Notes under the pieces: generated by a model
Told to the model about the DNA's origin: nothing
The model's database searches: none
Seen by the model: only the letters and a program-made list of their open reading frames with translations
Program-made: the position numbers and the translations under genes
In this document: positions 16,754 through 26,260 of the stretch, piece after piece
Numbering within the stretch: the stretch's first letter is position 1
How the letters are laid out: every line of letters begins with the position of its first letter
Assembly: GCA_964361885.1 (NCBI GenBank)
Contig: CAYICL010000003.1
Span: 1-48,295, forward strand
Source: an uncultured Pseudomonadales bacterium
GTDB lineage: Bacteria; Patescibacteriota; Microgenomatia; UBA1400; CG1-02-47-37
Reading direction: 5' to 3'
DNA: 48,295 nt

Positions 16754-18157
16754 ATGAAAATCGTTATTGGCTACCCGCCGATTAAATCTTCAAAAGGCGT
16801 TCCGCTTTTATCCCAAAACCGCCAGTTCCAGTGGTTTTCTTCCCCTACTTACGTCTACCCGGTTATTCCTGCCTCAGCCGCCACTTTATTAAAAACCAAT
16901 GGTTATCAAGTCAGCTGGCTGGACGGTATTGCCGAAAACTGGAGCTATAACCAATGGTTTAACCAATTACAAGCCGAGTCGCCAGACTTGCTCTTTATCG
17001 AAACCAAAACTCCGGTGATCAAACAACACTGGCAGATCATCAAACATCTAAAATCTAAAATCCCTGATCTAAAAATCTGTTTGGCCGGTGACCACGTCAC
17101 TGCCTTACCCAAAGAATCGTCTAAAAACTGCCCGGTTGATTATATTGTTGTTGGCGGCAACTATGATTTATCTTTACTTTCTATAGCAAACAGTATCAAC
17201 AAAACTAAACAAAAAGTTTACCAAGGACGGACCTTTGTAAATTTACCATTCATCGATCGGCAGTTAACCAAATGGCGTCTCTATGCTTACAAAAACGGCA
17301 ACTTTAAATTTACCCCGGCTGCTTACACCATGGCCGGCCGCGACTGCTGGTGGCGTCAAAACGGCGGCTGTACTTTTTGCTCCTGGACCACCCTTTTCCC
17401 CAAATTTATGGTCCGCACTCCAAAAAATCTTTTAGACGAAATCGACCAGCTCATCAAATTAGGCATTAAAGAAGTCTTTGACGATACCGGAACTTTCATG
17501 ACCGGTAACTGGTTAAAACAGTTCTGCCAAGGCATGATCAAGCGTGGCTATAATAAAAAAATCGTTTTTGGCTGCAACATGCGCTTTGGAGTTTTAACTC
17601 AAAAAGACTATTACTTAATGGCCAAAGCCAATTTTAGATTCCTTCTTTTTGGTTTAGAATCAGCCAGTCAAACCACCCTCGACCGCCTAAACAAAGGCAT
17701 TAAAATCAATCAAGTTGAACCAGAATTAAAAATTATTAAATCTGCCGGCGGCCGACTTGAACCTCATGTTACTTGTATGGTCGGCTATCCCTGGGAAAGT
17801 TTAGCCGACGCTCAAAATACCGTTAACTTTACCAAAAATCTCTTTAAAAAAGGCTTAATCAGCTCACTCCAAGCCACCATTGTCATCCCCTATCCCGGCA
17901 CCAAACTCTTTGCCCAAGCCAAGAAAAACCATTGGCTCAAAACTTTGGACTGGAATAAATATGACATGCGCCAACCAATCCTTAAATCCCCTATCCCCGA
18001 TAAAAAACTGATGCAGCTCACCCGGAATATTTACCTTAGCTGTTTCACTCCTCAATTTATTTTCAAAAAATTGCTCTCGATCCGCTCTTTGGCTGACATT
18101 AAATTTTTATTTAGATCGGTCCGAAAATTCGTCGGCCAGCTGCTGGATTTTTCATGA
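16754..18157 (+). CDS. B12-binding-domain radical SAM protein
   Basis: N-terminal Rossmann-like B12-binding region; Cys cluster GRDCWWRQNGGCTFCSW; radical-SAM core (FGLESASQTTLDRLNKG). REP copy in frame at 17216-17241, in the inter-domain linker. Confidence 0.7.
   Translation: MKIVIGYPPIKSSKGVPLLSQNRQFQWFSSPTYVYPVIPASAATLLKTNGYQVSWLDGIAENWSYNQWFNQLQAESPDLLFIETKTPVIKQHWQIIKHLKSKIPDLKICLAGDHVTALPKESSKNCPVDYIVVGGNYDLSLLSIANSINKTKQKVYQGRTFVNLPFIDRQLTKWRLYAYKNGNFKFTPAAYTMAGRDCWWRQNGGCTFCSWTTLFPKFMVRTPKNLLDEIDQLIKLGIKEVFDDTGTFMTGNWLKQFCQGMIKRGYNKKIVFGCNMRFGVLTQKDYYLMAKANFRFLLFGLESASQTTLDRLNKGIKINQVEPELKIIKSAGGRLEPHVTCMVGYPWESLADAQNTVNFTKNLFKKGLISSLQATIVIPYPGTKLFAQAKKNHWLKTLDWNKYDMRQPILKSPIPDKKLMQLTRNIYLSCFTPQFIFKKLLSIRSLADIKFLFRSVRKFVGQLLDFS
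17216..17241. repeat. REP copy (GTTTACCAAGGACGGACCTTTGTAAA) inside the radical SAM gene, in frame (VYQGRTFVN)
   Basis: Direct reading. One mismatch to consensus. Confidence 0.9.
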
Positions 18158-18975
18158 ACCACTCAATCGCCACGATCATTAACTACTGCTCTAATGATTA
18201 CCGCTTTCTGCGTTTTAATATCCTGCAGATTAAAAAGTTCAGCCAGCAAATCATTGTTCCCTATTGTGACCATTTTTACGACGGCTCCCCGGAAAATAAG
18301 GCCGTCATTCAAACCACAATTAAGGTCAATCCCCAAGCACGATTTATTGAATTTCCCTACAACCCCCAAGCCACTCGCAGTCTTTGGCGCGGTTGGCAAT
18401 TTCTCCTCCGCTATCTTGGCCGCGGCCGCGTCTTTGGCCCGCAGTACTGGATCTGCTTCGCCCGTCAACTTGGTTATCAGACAATTAAACCGCCGGTTGA
18501 ATATGTTTTGTTTTTGGATGCTGATGAAATTATCAACGGCCGAAAATTTCTAGACTGGCTTAACACCAACCAATATAAAAAATTTAACGCTCTTAAACCA
18601 GCTAATTATTGGTACTGGCGCTCCCCTCGTTATCAAGCCACGGTTTGGGAGGATTCGCCTTTGCTGGCTAAATATTCCTGCCTGAAAAAGGCTGTTTTTA
18701 TGGACCATGATGAAAGAAATGCCACTTATCACTCCCTGCCTTTCCCGAAAACCAGAATGGTTTTAGGTCTGGACCAAAAACCGATGATTCATCACTACGC
18801 TTGGGCCAAACCGAAAGCTAATTTATTAAAAAAAGTGGCCTGCTGGGGCCACACCAAAGATAGAAACTGGACTAAACTTATCCAAACAGAGTTTTCCCAT
18901 CCCTTTAATGACACTGACTTTATCTACAAGAGACAGTATAAAATCGTTAAGCCTTTCTTAAAACCAGCCGCTTAA
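18154..18975 (+). CDS. Putative glycosyltransferase-like protein (DxD motif)
   Basis: VLFLDADEIING DxD-type motif. Overlaps the radical SAM stop by 4 nt and sits in the glycan island. Confidence 0.4.
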   Translation: MNHSIATIINYCSNDYRFLRFNILQIKKFSQQIIVPYCDHFYDGSPENKAVIQTTIKVNPQARFIEFPYNPQATRSLWRGWQFLLRYLGRGRVFGPQYWICFARQLGYQTIKPPVEYVLFLDADEIINGRKFLDWLNTNQYKKFNALKPANYWYWRSPRYQATVWEDSPLLAKYSCLKKAVFMDHDERNATYHSLPFPKTRMVLGLDQKPMIHHYAWAKPKANLLKKVACWGHTKDRNWTKLIQTEFSHPFNDTDFIYKRQYKIVKPFLKPAA

Positions 18976-19882
18976 AATCCTCGCCGATTTGGGCCTGTAA
19001 ATACAGTTTTTGGATCCACCAAGGGGCAACGTGTCTGTTTTTAATAAAACCCGGCGCCGTTAAAATTCCTGTCAAGTAGCCAAGGCTAGCATAAATTAAT
19101 GCCCGCCAATTTTTTCTTCTGAACGGCTGCAATAAAATCCAGATCATGTCCCGAATAAAAATTAATGGCATGATCAACCAGGAAAAATGTTTAACATTCA
19201 GCCAGACTTTATTTCTGGTAATTAAAAAAACCTGTTCTTTGCGGAAATGATGGCTCTTGTAATAATGATCGAGAAGCAGTTCTTTCTTGCTGGCAAAATA
19301 TTGCTGCCAGCCGGCTTGTAAAAACCTAATGGTAAAGTCTTCTTCGAAGTTCCAGCAAAAAAATTTGTCTTCAAAATAACCAACCATGGCAAAGACTTTC
19401 CGTTTAAATATCCCCGAGCCGGAAAACGACCGAAAAGTTTTGCTTAAATCAACCCCGCTGTTATCGGTGTAACGCTTTAAAACCCGGTCGTAAACCGCCG
19501 CTGATACAACCCCGACCGATTTAGGCAACTGATTAAATAATTTAATCACCTTAGCCAAAGTCTCTCGGTAAACCGCACTATCATCATCAATAATCATGAT
19601 GTATTTGCCTTTTGTATTCACAATCCCGACGTTAAAACCCAACAACCCGGAATTAAAAGGCATCTTAATTACCTTAATTCGTTTATCCGGAAACGCCTTG
19701 GTTATCTTTTGGTCAAAACCTGGCTCACCGCTGTTATCCACCACGACTGTTTCCCAGTTCCGGCAATCAGAATTAAGAATCGACCGCAAACACCGCCATA
19801 AATCCCGCTGCCGCCCGGGTGCAGTTACCACGACCAAACTGATTAACGGCTGATTAACCATAACCCTCCTAATCTTAACCAT
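18947..19882 (-). CDS. Family 2 glycosyltransferase
   Basis: ISLVVVTAPGRQRDLWRCLRSILNS...VVVDNSG...IIDDDS. An alternative start at 19861 (MVNQPL) is likely. Confidence 0.7.
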   Translation of the reverse strand: MVKIRRVMVNQPLISLVVVTAPGRQRDLWRCLRSILNSDCRNWETVVVDNSGEPGFDQKITKAFPDKRIKVIKMPFNSGLLGFNVGIVNTKGKYIMIIDDDSAVYRETLAKVIKLFNQLPKSVGVVSAAVYDRVLKRYTDNSGVDLSKTFRSFSGSGIFKRKVFAMVGYFEDKFFCWNFEEDFTIRFLQAGWQQYFASKKELLLDHYYKSHHFRKEQVFLITRNKVWLNVKHFSWLIMPLIFIRDMIWILLQPFRRKNWRALIYASLGYLTGILTAPGFIKNRHVAPWWIQKLYLQAQIGEDFKRLVLRKA

Positions 19883-20619
19883 CGATTAATACTGGTAAAA
19901 TTTTTCATTACCGTCAACCGCCGGTTTCTTTGGTAATAAAATCGGACTGTTTTGGAAGCCACATTTTGCTTAAAACTTAAACTCCCTTTGTGAAAAATTA
20001 CCGCACTCATCACCCCAATTGCCCGACCGCCATGCTTTTTCGCCCTAAGCTGTAAATCCACATCTTCATAAAAAAACTTAAACCTTTCGTCAAATCCGCC
20101 TAAGTGAAAAAACCACTTTCTGTTTACCATTAAACAGGTCCCGTTGGCATAATCGCCTTTGATTAATCCTTGGTAATTATCTTGCCTCCCCCGGCCGATA
20201 GCCATCCCCAGTCCGGGCCAGATATATTTGCCGATCACGCAGTCTATCTTATCCGTGGAATAAATTTTTATCTTTGGCTGCAGGGTTAGTTTTCTATTAT
20301 TCCCGGCCGCTTTCACTAATTCTGTCAACCATTTTTTTTCCACCACCGTATCCGCGTTTAAAAAAACCAACCACTCACCCTTAGCTTTTCTCGCCCCCAA
20401 ATTACTGCCGCCGGTAAAAAACAGGTTAGTTCTTGACCGGACTAAATTCACCCGCTTATCTTGCCGATAGCGTTGTAAAAATTGCCAGCTATCATCATTA
20501 GAACCGTTTTCCACCACCACCACTTCCAAATCCTTAAAATTTGACTGCAAAACCGAATCCAGACAAGCGCCCAGATACTGCCTGCCGTTATAATTAACAA
20601 TCACGACGGATACTTTCAT
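19843..20619 (-). CDS. Family 2 glycosyltransferase
   Basis: MKVSVVIVNYNGRQYLGACLDSVLQS...VVVENGSNDDS...FLNADT...YEDVDL. Confidence 0.8.
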   Translation of the reverse strand: MKVSVVIVNYNGRQYLGACLDSVLQSNFKDLEVVVVENGSNDDSWQFLQRYRQDKRVNLVRSRTNLFFTGGSNLGARKAKGEWLVFLNADTVVEKKWLTELVKAAGNNRKLTLQPKIKIYSTDKIDCVIGKYIWPGLGMAIGRGRQDNYQGLIKGDYANGTCLMVNRKWFFHLGGFDERFKFFYEDVDLQLRAKKHGGRAIGVMSAVIFHKGSLSFKQNVASKTVRFYYQRNRRLTVMKNFTSINRWLRLGGLWLISR

Positions 20620-21275
20620 AATTTTTTGCCTAAAATAGCCAACCCTGCGCCGACGGCGAGAAACTCTGCCTTGGCCGGCCGAGCGGAAAACTTAATTCTC
20701 AATTTATTTAAGTATAAATATCGATGCCACTGCTTGATAGTTTTTTTGTCCAAATAATAATACCCCTCCACTAACTGCAGCTGATGCTGTTGCAACCGCT
20801 TTTTCCAACCGGTTAGATTCAGCAAATTATAGTGATTGTATTTATGATTAAACCATTGAGCGTATAACTTACCCCAACCTAAGTATTCTCCCAATTTATG
20901 GCTGGGCATGGTCGCCATCAATAACCCGGCCGGTTTTAACACCCTCCTGACTTCACTTAAAACCCTGTCAATATCTTTAATATGTTCCAGCACCGAGTTG
21001 GCAAACACCAAATCCACTGTCTTACTTTTTAAAGGTATCTTGGCCGCATCCCCTAAAATTACTTGGCGGTACATCCCGCTCTGCTCCGCTTTTTTAACCA
21101 TTTCCCGGTCATTATCCAAACCCCATTCCAGCTGTTTGCCAAACACTTCTTGAGCAATCTCACCCTCACCGCAGCCTAAATCCAAAATTTTTCCTTTCAA
21201 GAATTTACTCCATCTTTGCTTTAATAAACTCACTTCTATTCCCCGCCATAAATTAGTCGCCTGATCAAATTTCAT
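20616..21275 (-). CDS. Class I SAM-dependent methyltransferase
   Basis: ILDLGCGEGE motif I and ANSVLEHI (methyltransf_11-like). Confidence 0.75.
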   Translation of the reverse strand: MKFDQATNLWRGIEVSLLKQRWSKFLKGKILDLGCGEGEIAQEVFGKQLEWGLDNDREMVKKAEQSGMYRQVILGDAAKIPLKSKTVDLVFANSVLEHIKDIDRVLSEVRRVLKPAGLLMATMPSHKLGEYLGWGKLYAQWFNHKYNHYNLLNLTGWKKRLQQHQLQLVEGYYYLDKKTIKQWHRYLYLNKLRIKFSARPAKAEFLAVGAGLAILGKKL

Positions 21276-22180
21276 TAAAACGGCCTCCCTGAAATATATG
21301 CTAACCCCTTACCAACATACCAACTTAAACGCTTCTTGACTAAAACCTGATTTATCCAGCCTTCGTCTCCTTTTGGTTGGCGTTTCGGCCAATACCGCAC
21401 CAACCAAAACCACGCCCGCTCGATTGCCCATGCCTGCCGGAAGCGACCGGTGAATAAAAATAAAATCTCTAAACCTAGCCAACTTAAACTAACCCAAAAC
21501 AACATCCGTAAGCGCCGGCTTTGCGCATTTTTAATTATCGTCATCAATTGATTGCGGCAAGCTAAATAAACCTGTCCTGCTGCCGGAACCTTGGGGATTG
21601 GTTTGGCTTTGGTGCCGTAGGCATGATAAGCCTGACCCATCCACAAAAACCGTACCTCGTACCCGGCCTGCCAAATCCGCCAAAATAAATCCGGTTCTTC
21701 CCAGTAATAGACATAGTCTTCGTCAAAGCCGCCGACTTTTTCAAAAACATTTTTTCTCACGATCATCGCGGCGCCTTTGCCGGAAAAAATCTTATCAGCT
21801 TTGTCAAATTGCCCTCGGTCTTCTGCTTCCCTGGCTCGCTCCGCTAAAAATCCATTACCGGTTATCAAATCTCCGGCACTATCAAACTTATTTGTCCCCA
21901 TTCTTAATAACTTCAACTGTCCGGCGCCGACTTTCGGATGTTTGTCCATAAATTTGACTGCTTGATCCAGCCAGCCTTTGGTTACAGTAACGTCATTATC
22001 TAAAAATACTAAGTATTTACCCTTGGCTTTCCTGGCCCCATAATTACGCGCCCAACAGGGATTGCCCGGCTCATTAATACCGTTATCCACTCTAATAATC
22101 TCCATCCATTCTTCTTTGGCTGCCGCTGGAAACAACCAACCCGGCCGGTTATTGGCTACAATCACTGATGCTTTTATCAT
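21275..22180 (-). CDS. Family 2 glycosyltransferase
   Basis: ARNYGARKAKGKYLVFLDNDV...YWEEPDLFWR, with C-terminal TM segments. Confidence 0.7.
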   Translation of the reverse strand: MIKASVIVANNRPGWLFPAAAKEEWMEIIRVDNGINEPGNPCWARNYGARKAKGKYLVFLDNDVTVTKGWLDQAVKFMDKHPKVGAGQLKLLRMGTNKFDSAGDLITGNGFLAERAREAEDRGQFDKADKIFSGKGAAMIVRKNVFEKVGGFDEDYVYYWEEPDLFWRIWQAGYEVRFLWMGQAYHAYGTKAKPIPKVPAAGQVYLACRNQLMTIIKNAQSRRLRMLFWVSLSWLGLEILFLFTGRFRQAWAIERAWFWLVRYWPKRQPKGDEGWINQVLVKKRLSWYVGKGLAYISGRPF

Positions 22181-23583
22181 ATTTTTCTATAAACCACTCC
22201 ATAATTAATCGCTAAACTTTTAGTTTTAATGAATCTGTCTAACCCAACTGCGATTAAATTTATTATCATAATCACCGGCGAAAACACGATGATATACAGC
22301 CAGTAACTCCATAACCATTTTTCTAATCCAATCCGTAAAGGCAAAGTAATTAAAAGATAAGCCAATGCCTGGAAAATGCCTCCCTGAACTGCTAATTTTT
22401 CGACTTTAAACCCAACCGACTCGCCCAAATACTTCAACCCATACTCGGTAAACCGCCAATAATCATCCGGTGCCATGTGAATTTGGTAGATAAAATTTGT
22501 GGTTAAAAATACCTTGCCCCTAGGCTTTAACAACCGTTTAAACTCCCTAAACGCCGCTTCCGGCTGTTTTAAATGCTCCAGCACCTGAATACAAAGAATA
22601 TAGTCAAACTTAGCCGGAACTTTGGTTATTTCTCCCACATAGTCAATCGTCTTATTGGTATTTTGTTTTATATCCTGGCTTTGGTAATTCAACTGCTGCC
22701 AATACTGTTTGTACCGACATTCGCCTGCCCCTACATCCAACAGTTTTTTCCCTTTTTTGTCATACTGTTTAGCCAGTTTAATCACCCACCAATCAATTTG
22801 GAAATAAAAATTCATCAATAAAAACTTTAATATTAGGGGGCTTGTCCGCCTTTGGCGAAACCATTTCTTTCTGAATTTTAAATAATTCTTTATTCTCTCC
22901 CCCCAGTTTTTCCGCTTGATAAACGCCCCGCTTCTGGACACATGATGTTCTACTTTCACTTGACTACTCCACACCAACCTGTATCCCAATTGTTTCACTT
23001 TCATGGCTAAGTCTAACTCACACCACTCGCTCGTCCCTTTATATCCCAAATCAAATCCCCCGACTCTTTCCACCAACTTCCGCCTTAAACTCATGTTGCA
23101 GGCCTCAAGATAATCGACGTTATGCAATCCTTTTAACTTCAAACACTCCTTAAAATTGGAACCTGGCGACCACCAGCCGATTTTGGTGATTTTGCCAATT
23201 GCCAACGGTTGACTATCCAGTATTAATTTCACCCATAACTTCGCCGCTAAATTTTTCTTACCATACCACCAAAACACCAACCGATTTTTTAGTAAATTTT
23301 CCGGCACCAACGTTGGCCCGCTAACTCCACCCACATCCGAATTATCAGTAAAAATCTTAACTAAATTCTCGGCCCAATTTTTATCCGCCACCACGTCATC
23401 ATCAATCCAGGCTACTATCTCGCCTTTGGCTCTGCGCCAACCCAAATCTCTGGCTTTGACTAACGGTGATTCTTTAACAATAACTATCTCCAAATCCTTA
23501 AAACTCTGCTGCTGTAAACTTGTCCGGACTTGTTTTAAACTTTCCGGCCGGCCGCTGGTGCAAATAATTACTGATAGTTTCAT
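22177..23583 (-). CDS. Bifunctional GT2 glycosyltransferase / SAM-dependent methyltransferase fusion
   Basis: N-terminus MKLSVIICTSGRPESL...IDDDV (GT2). C-terminus LLDVGAGECRY...CIQVLEHL (methyltransferase), followed by TM helices. Confidence 0.7.
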   Translation of the reverse strand: MKLSVIICTSGRPESLKQVRTSLQQQSFKDLEIVIVKESPLVKARDLGWRRAKGEIVAWIDDDVVADKNWAENLVKIFTDNSDVGGVSGPTLVPENLLKNRLVFWWYGKKNLAAKLWVKLILDSQPLAIGKITKIGWWSPGSNFKECLKLKGLHNVDYLEACNMSLRRKLVERVGGFDLGYKGTSEWCELDLAMKVKQLGYRLVWSSQVKVEHHVSRSGAFIKRKNWGERIKNYLKFRKKWFRQRRTSPLILKFLLMNFYFQIDWWVIKLAKQYDKKGKKLLDVGAGECRYKQYWQQLNYQSQDIKQNTNKTIDYVGEITKVPAKFDYILCIQVLEHLKQPEAAFREFKRLLKPRGKVFLTTNFIYQIHMAPDDYWRFTEYGLKYLGESVGFKVEKLAVQGGIFQALAYLLITLPLRIGLEKWLWSYWLYIIVFSPVIMIINLIAVGLDRFIKTKSLAINYGVVYRKI

Positions 23584-23605
23584 CTCTTTAGTATACTATA
23601 GAGGT

Positions 23606-23998
23606 ATGATTCAAATTAAAGTCGGCGGTAAACTGATTGCTTTAATTATCAAAGCTAAAACTCAACCCAAGATAAATCAGTTTATAACTGATCCTCACAA
23701 TCCTCTCCAGCTGGGCTTTCTCCGATTTTCTAAAAATCGCCAAGTAAAGCCCCACCAACACCGCGCTCTTGATAAAACCACTCACCAAAATCAGGAATTT
23801 ATTTATGTTGTCTCCGGCCAAATTCTGGCTGAATTTTTTTACAAAGGACGGACCTTTGTAAAACATCTGCTTAATCCCGGAGATTGCTTATTGCAACTAC
23901 AAGGCGGCCATGGGTTTACCATGCTTAAACCCACCAAGCTCATTACCATTAAGCAAGGTCCTTACTCCAGCCGCCAGCGCGAAAAAATCGAAATATAG
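23606..23998 (+). CDS. Cupin-fold protein (WbuC/sugar-modifying cupin-like)
   Basis: I place the start at ATG 23606 (MIQIKVGG) rather than the listed 23426, which would run through the divergent gene's start. HQH...QEFIYVVSG...GDCLL...GGHGF is a cupin pattern. REP copy in frame at 23838-23863. Confidence 0.5.
   Translation: MIQIKVGGKLIALIIKAKTQPKINQFITDPHNPLQLGFLRFSKNRQVKPHQHRALDKTTHQNQEFIYVVSGQILAEFFYKGRTFVKHLLNPGDCLLQLQGGHGFTMLKPTKLITIKQGPYSSRQREKIEI
23838..23863. repeat. REP copy inside the cupin gene, in frame (FYKGRTFVK)
   Basis: TTTACAAAGGACGGACCTTTGTAAAA read directly. Confidence 0.9.
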
Positions 23999-24966
23999 TC
24001 TTCGGCTATCTTATCCCAGCTAAACTGTTTGAGCCACTGCTCTGGTCGATACCGCTTTTTTGATAAAGCTAATTTTAATTTTTCCACGTACTCTTCTCCC
24101 CAAACATCTTTGACATAAATCCCATAATCACCCAATATTTCTCTTCTTAACTCATCATCCGTCGCTACTACCGGCAAACCTGAAGCCAGCGCCTCTAAAT
24201 AGACAATGCCAAACGCTTCGGTCGAATCGCTGACTAAAGTAAACACATCCGCTGCTCGATAGACCGCCGGCATCGCTTCATGTTTAAATTTTTTCCCTCC
24301 TCCGGCCCACAACAAATTTACCGCTCCGAAGCCCTGCCTTGCCGGCAGGCAGGCTTGGCGAAGGGCGGCTACCGCCCTTCTAGTCGCTTCCACCCGTTTA
24401 TATTTATCTTCCGAAGCAACGCATAAAATTATTGGCCCCTTCAATTTTAGGTCCAATTTCCCACCCTCAGGCTTAAACCGTTGTAAATTTACTCCGTTAG
24501 GAATCACTTCAATCCTGACTCCCCGGCCGTAAAACTTTTTCGCCCAGCGCCGATTTCTTTCGCTTAAAGCCACAAACACATCCGGCCGCATCAGTAAATT
24601 CCACCCGTCGCACCAACCTAAACCCGCCTGTCCGCTAATCACCAGTTTGGCACCGGTTTGCCAGCAAAACAAACGGCATAATAAACTCTGCCAGCCGCCG
24701 TTAAATGGCATGATTATATCCGGTCGCCACGGCTTTAATTTTTCCAGCGCCTGCCGCGTTTCCCACCGCATTGTCCGGTGATACTTGTCAATCATCAAAG
24801 TCTTTAACCAAGGACGGACCTTTGTAAAAGATTGCCAGTCGACTGAATTGACACTAATTACTTTTACCTGGTGCTGCTTTTGCCAGCGCCGACTCAGTTC
24901 TTTCACTACCGTCTCTACCCCCCGATCAATTCGGCCACTGGTAAACGATAAAACCGCAATTTTCAT
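23962..24966 (-). CDS. GT4 (GT-B fold) glycosyltransferase
   Basis: MKIAVLSFTSGRIDRGVETVV...SDSTEAFGIVYLEALASGLPVVATDD (E-x7-E type motif). Confidence 0.8.
   Translation of the reverse strand: MKIAVLSFTSGRIDRGVETVVKELSRRWQKQHQVKVISVNSVDWQSFTKVRPWLKTLMIDKYHRTMRWETRQALEKLKPWRPDIIMPFNGGWQSLLCRLFCWQTGAKLVISGQAGLGWCDGWNLLMRPDVFVALSERNRRWAKKFYGRGVRIEVIPNGVNLQRFKPEGGKLDLKLKGPIILCVASEDKYKRVEATRRAVAALRQACLPARQGFGAVNLLWAGGGKKFKHEAMPAVYRAADVFTLVSDSTEAFGIVYLEALASGLPVVATDDELRREILGDYGIYVKDVWGEEYVEKLKLALSKKRYRPEQWLKQFSWDKIAEDYISIFSRWRLE
24803..24829. repeat. Degenerate REP copy inside the GT4 gene (minus strand reads FTKVRPWLK)
   Basis: TTTAACCAAGGACGGACCTTTGTAAAA. The left arm is altered relative to consensus. 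Confidence 0.8.
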
Positions 24967-24973
24967 AAAAATT

Positions 24974-26260
24974 TTAATAAATAGTTTTTATAATTAAGTT
25001 TTGTAACCAATAGACCTTACGCAAAAGTTTAAATATTTGATTAACTCCCTGGCTGATAATTTTAGCCACCGGTTTCGGAACCAGCCGATAGCAATAAAAA
25101 AGTCTAATCAGCGCGTTTCGACAGCTATATTTTTTAGCCAACTCAATTTCTTCCTGCCATAATTCCGGCCGATTATCCTCAAAATATCTGGCAATCGCTA
25201 AAGCCGCATGCTGATAACTTAAACGCAAATTCCTTTTTTTTATCATTAATTGGTTCATCAGCTCTCTTTTTAGCTTGATTCTTGGCAATTTACCTGATTC
25301 AATCGCTTTAAAAATCCGTAAAAACATGGCTTCCAGCGTATAGTGCTTGATGGCTTTCAAGTAACCCGCTTGGGCGACTGCCTGCCTCTTTTTTTCATGA
25401 TGTAAATAATATTTTATCTTGGCCATGGCTTCGGGAATGGTCTTAAAGACTTCAATTTCCCGGCCGATTTTAAACAACTTCTCCAAACCGAAAGCCGGTT
25501 GGGTTAATAAAAAACCGCCGGACAAACACACCTCAAACATTCTGGTTCTTAGCTGCCTGCTATCATTAGTAAAGTTTAGGTTTATCTTGCTGGAATTGTA
25601 AATATTAACCATCTCATCGGTGCTGATATAGCCTTGTTTATTCCAACCTGAACCAAAAGTGGCCACTTCAATACCTGATTTAGCCAACTCTTGGACCAGT
25701 TGCTGTCTTGGGCCGTAACTCGTACCGACAAACGAAACCGGATATTTAAACAATAAATTTTTCCTTTGATAAATTTGCCTGGAAGCACAACAAGGTTCAA
25801 ATAACGCCGGAATCCCTAAGGCTTGATACTGTTTTAACGACTGATAACTGTCAACAGTCACCGCATAATCCAAATATGCTAGCCAATATCTTGGATAATA
25901 ATCAAACATCGTTAAATCGTCAAAAAAAATCCCGATTCGCTTAACTCCCAACTCTGCCGCCTGAATTAATACTGCTTCGCTGATTTCGAAATCGCTATCC
26001 GCTGTCCAAATTAAATATTTTGGTCGATAGCAATACATTTTTTCTATTATCAATTGATTAGTCTTCTGATAACCCACTTTTAAATAACTGGCCCGTAAAT
26101 CCAGCTTAATCACCGGCGAACAAACTGTTTTTAAGGCCTGTCCCCATCTTTCTCCTAACGGAAAACGGCAGGCTAAATGAACATTGGGATATAGATTTAA
26201 TCTATTTTGCTGATGGTCGCCGACGGTTAGAAAAAGCGCCGAACGATTATTTTTTTTCAT
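24974..26260 (-). CDS. CgeB-like glycosyltransferase family protein (Glyco_trans_1_2 type C-terminal domain)
   Basis: KINLNFTN...RTRMFEVCLSGGFLLTQP...IEVFKTIPEAMAKIKYYLHHEKKRQAVAQAGY. Confidence 0.6.
   Translation of the reverse strand: MKKNNRSALFLTVGDHQQNRLNLYPNVHLACRFPLGERWGQALKTVCSPVIKLDLRASYLKVGYQKTNQLIIEKMYCYRPKYLIWTADSDFEISEAVLIQAAELGVKRIGIFFDDLTMFDYYPRYWLAYLDYAVTVDSYQSLKQYQALGIPALFEPCCASRQIYQRKNLLFKYPVSFVGTSYGPRQQLVQELAKSGIEVATFGSGWNKQGYISTDEMVNIYNSSKINLNFTNDSRQLRTRMFEVCLSGGFLLTQPAFGLEKLFKIGREIEVFKTIPEAMAKIKYYLHHEKKRQAVAQAGYLKAIKHYTLEAMFLRIFKAIESGKLPRIKLKRELMNQLMIKKRNLRLSYQHAALAIARYFEDNRPELWQEEIELAKKYSCRNALIRLFYCYRLVPKPVAKIISQGVNQIFKLLRKVYWLQNLIIKTIY

Noticed and set aside
23426-23605. 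The listed ORF for the cupin gene has a long N-terminal extension starting at 23426.
   Set aside because: The extension is antisense to the 5' end of the GT2-methyltransferase gene. An ATG at 23606, preceded by TATACT, gives a normal cupin-sized protein.
23642-23866. A minus-strand 74-aa ORF begins MFYKGPSFVKK.
   Set aside because: It is the antisense reading of the REP copy inside the cupin gene. It has no independent support and lies entirely within the better-supported plus-strand CDS.
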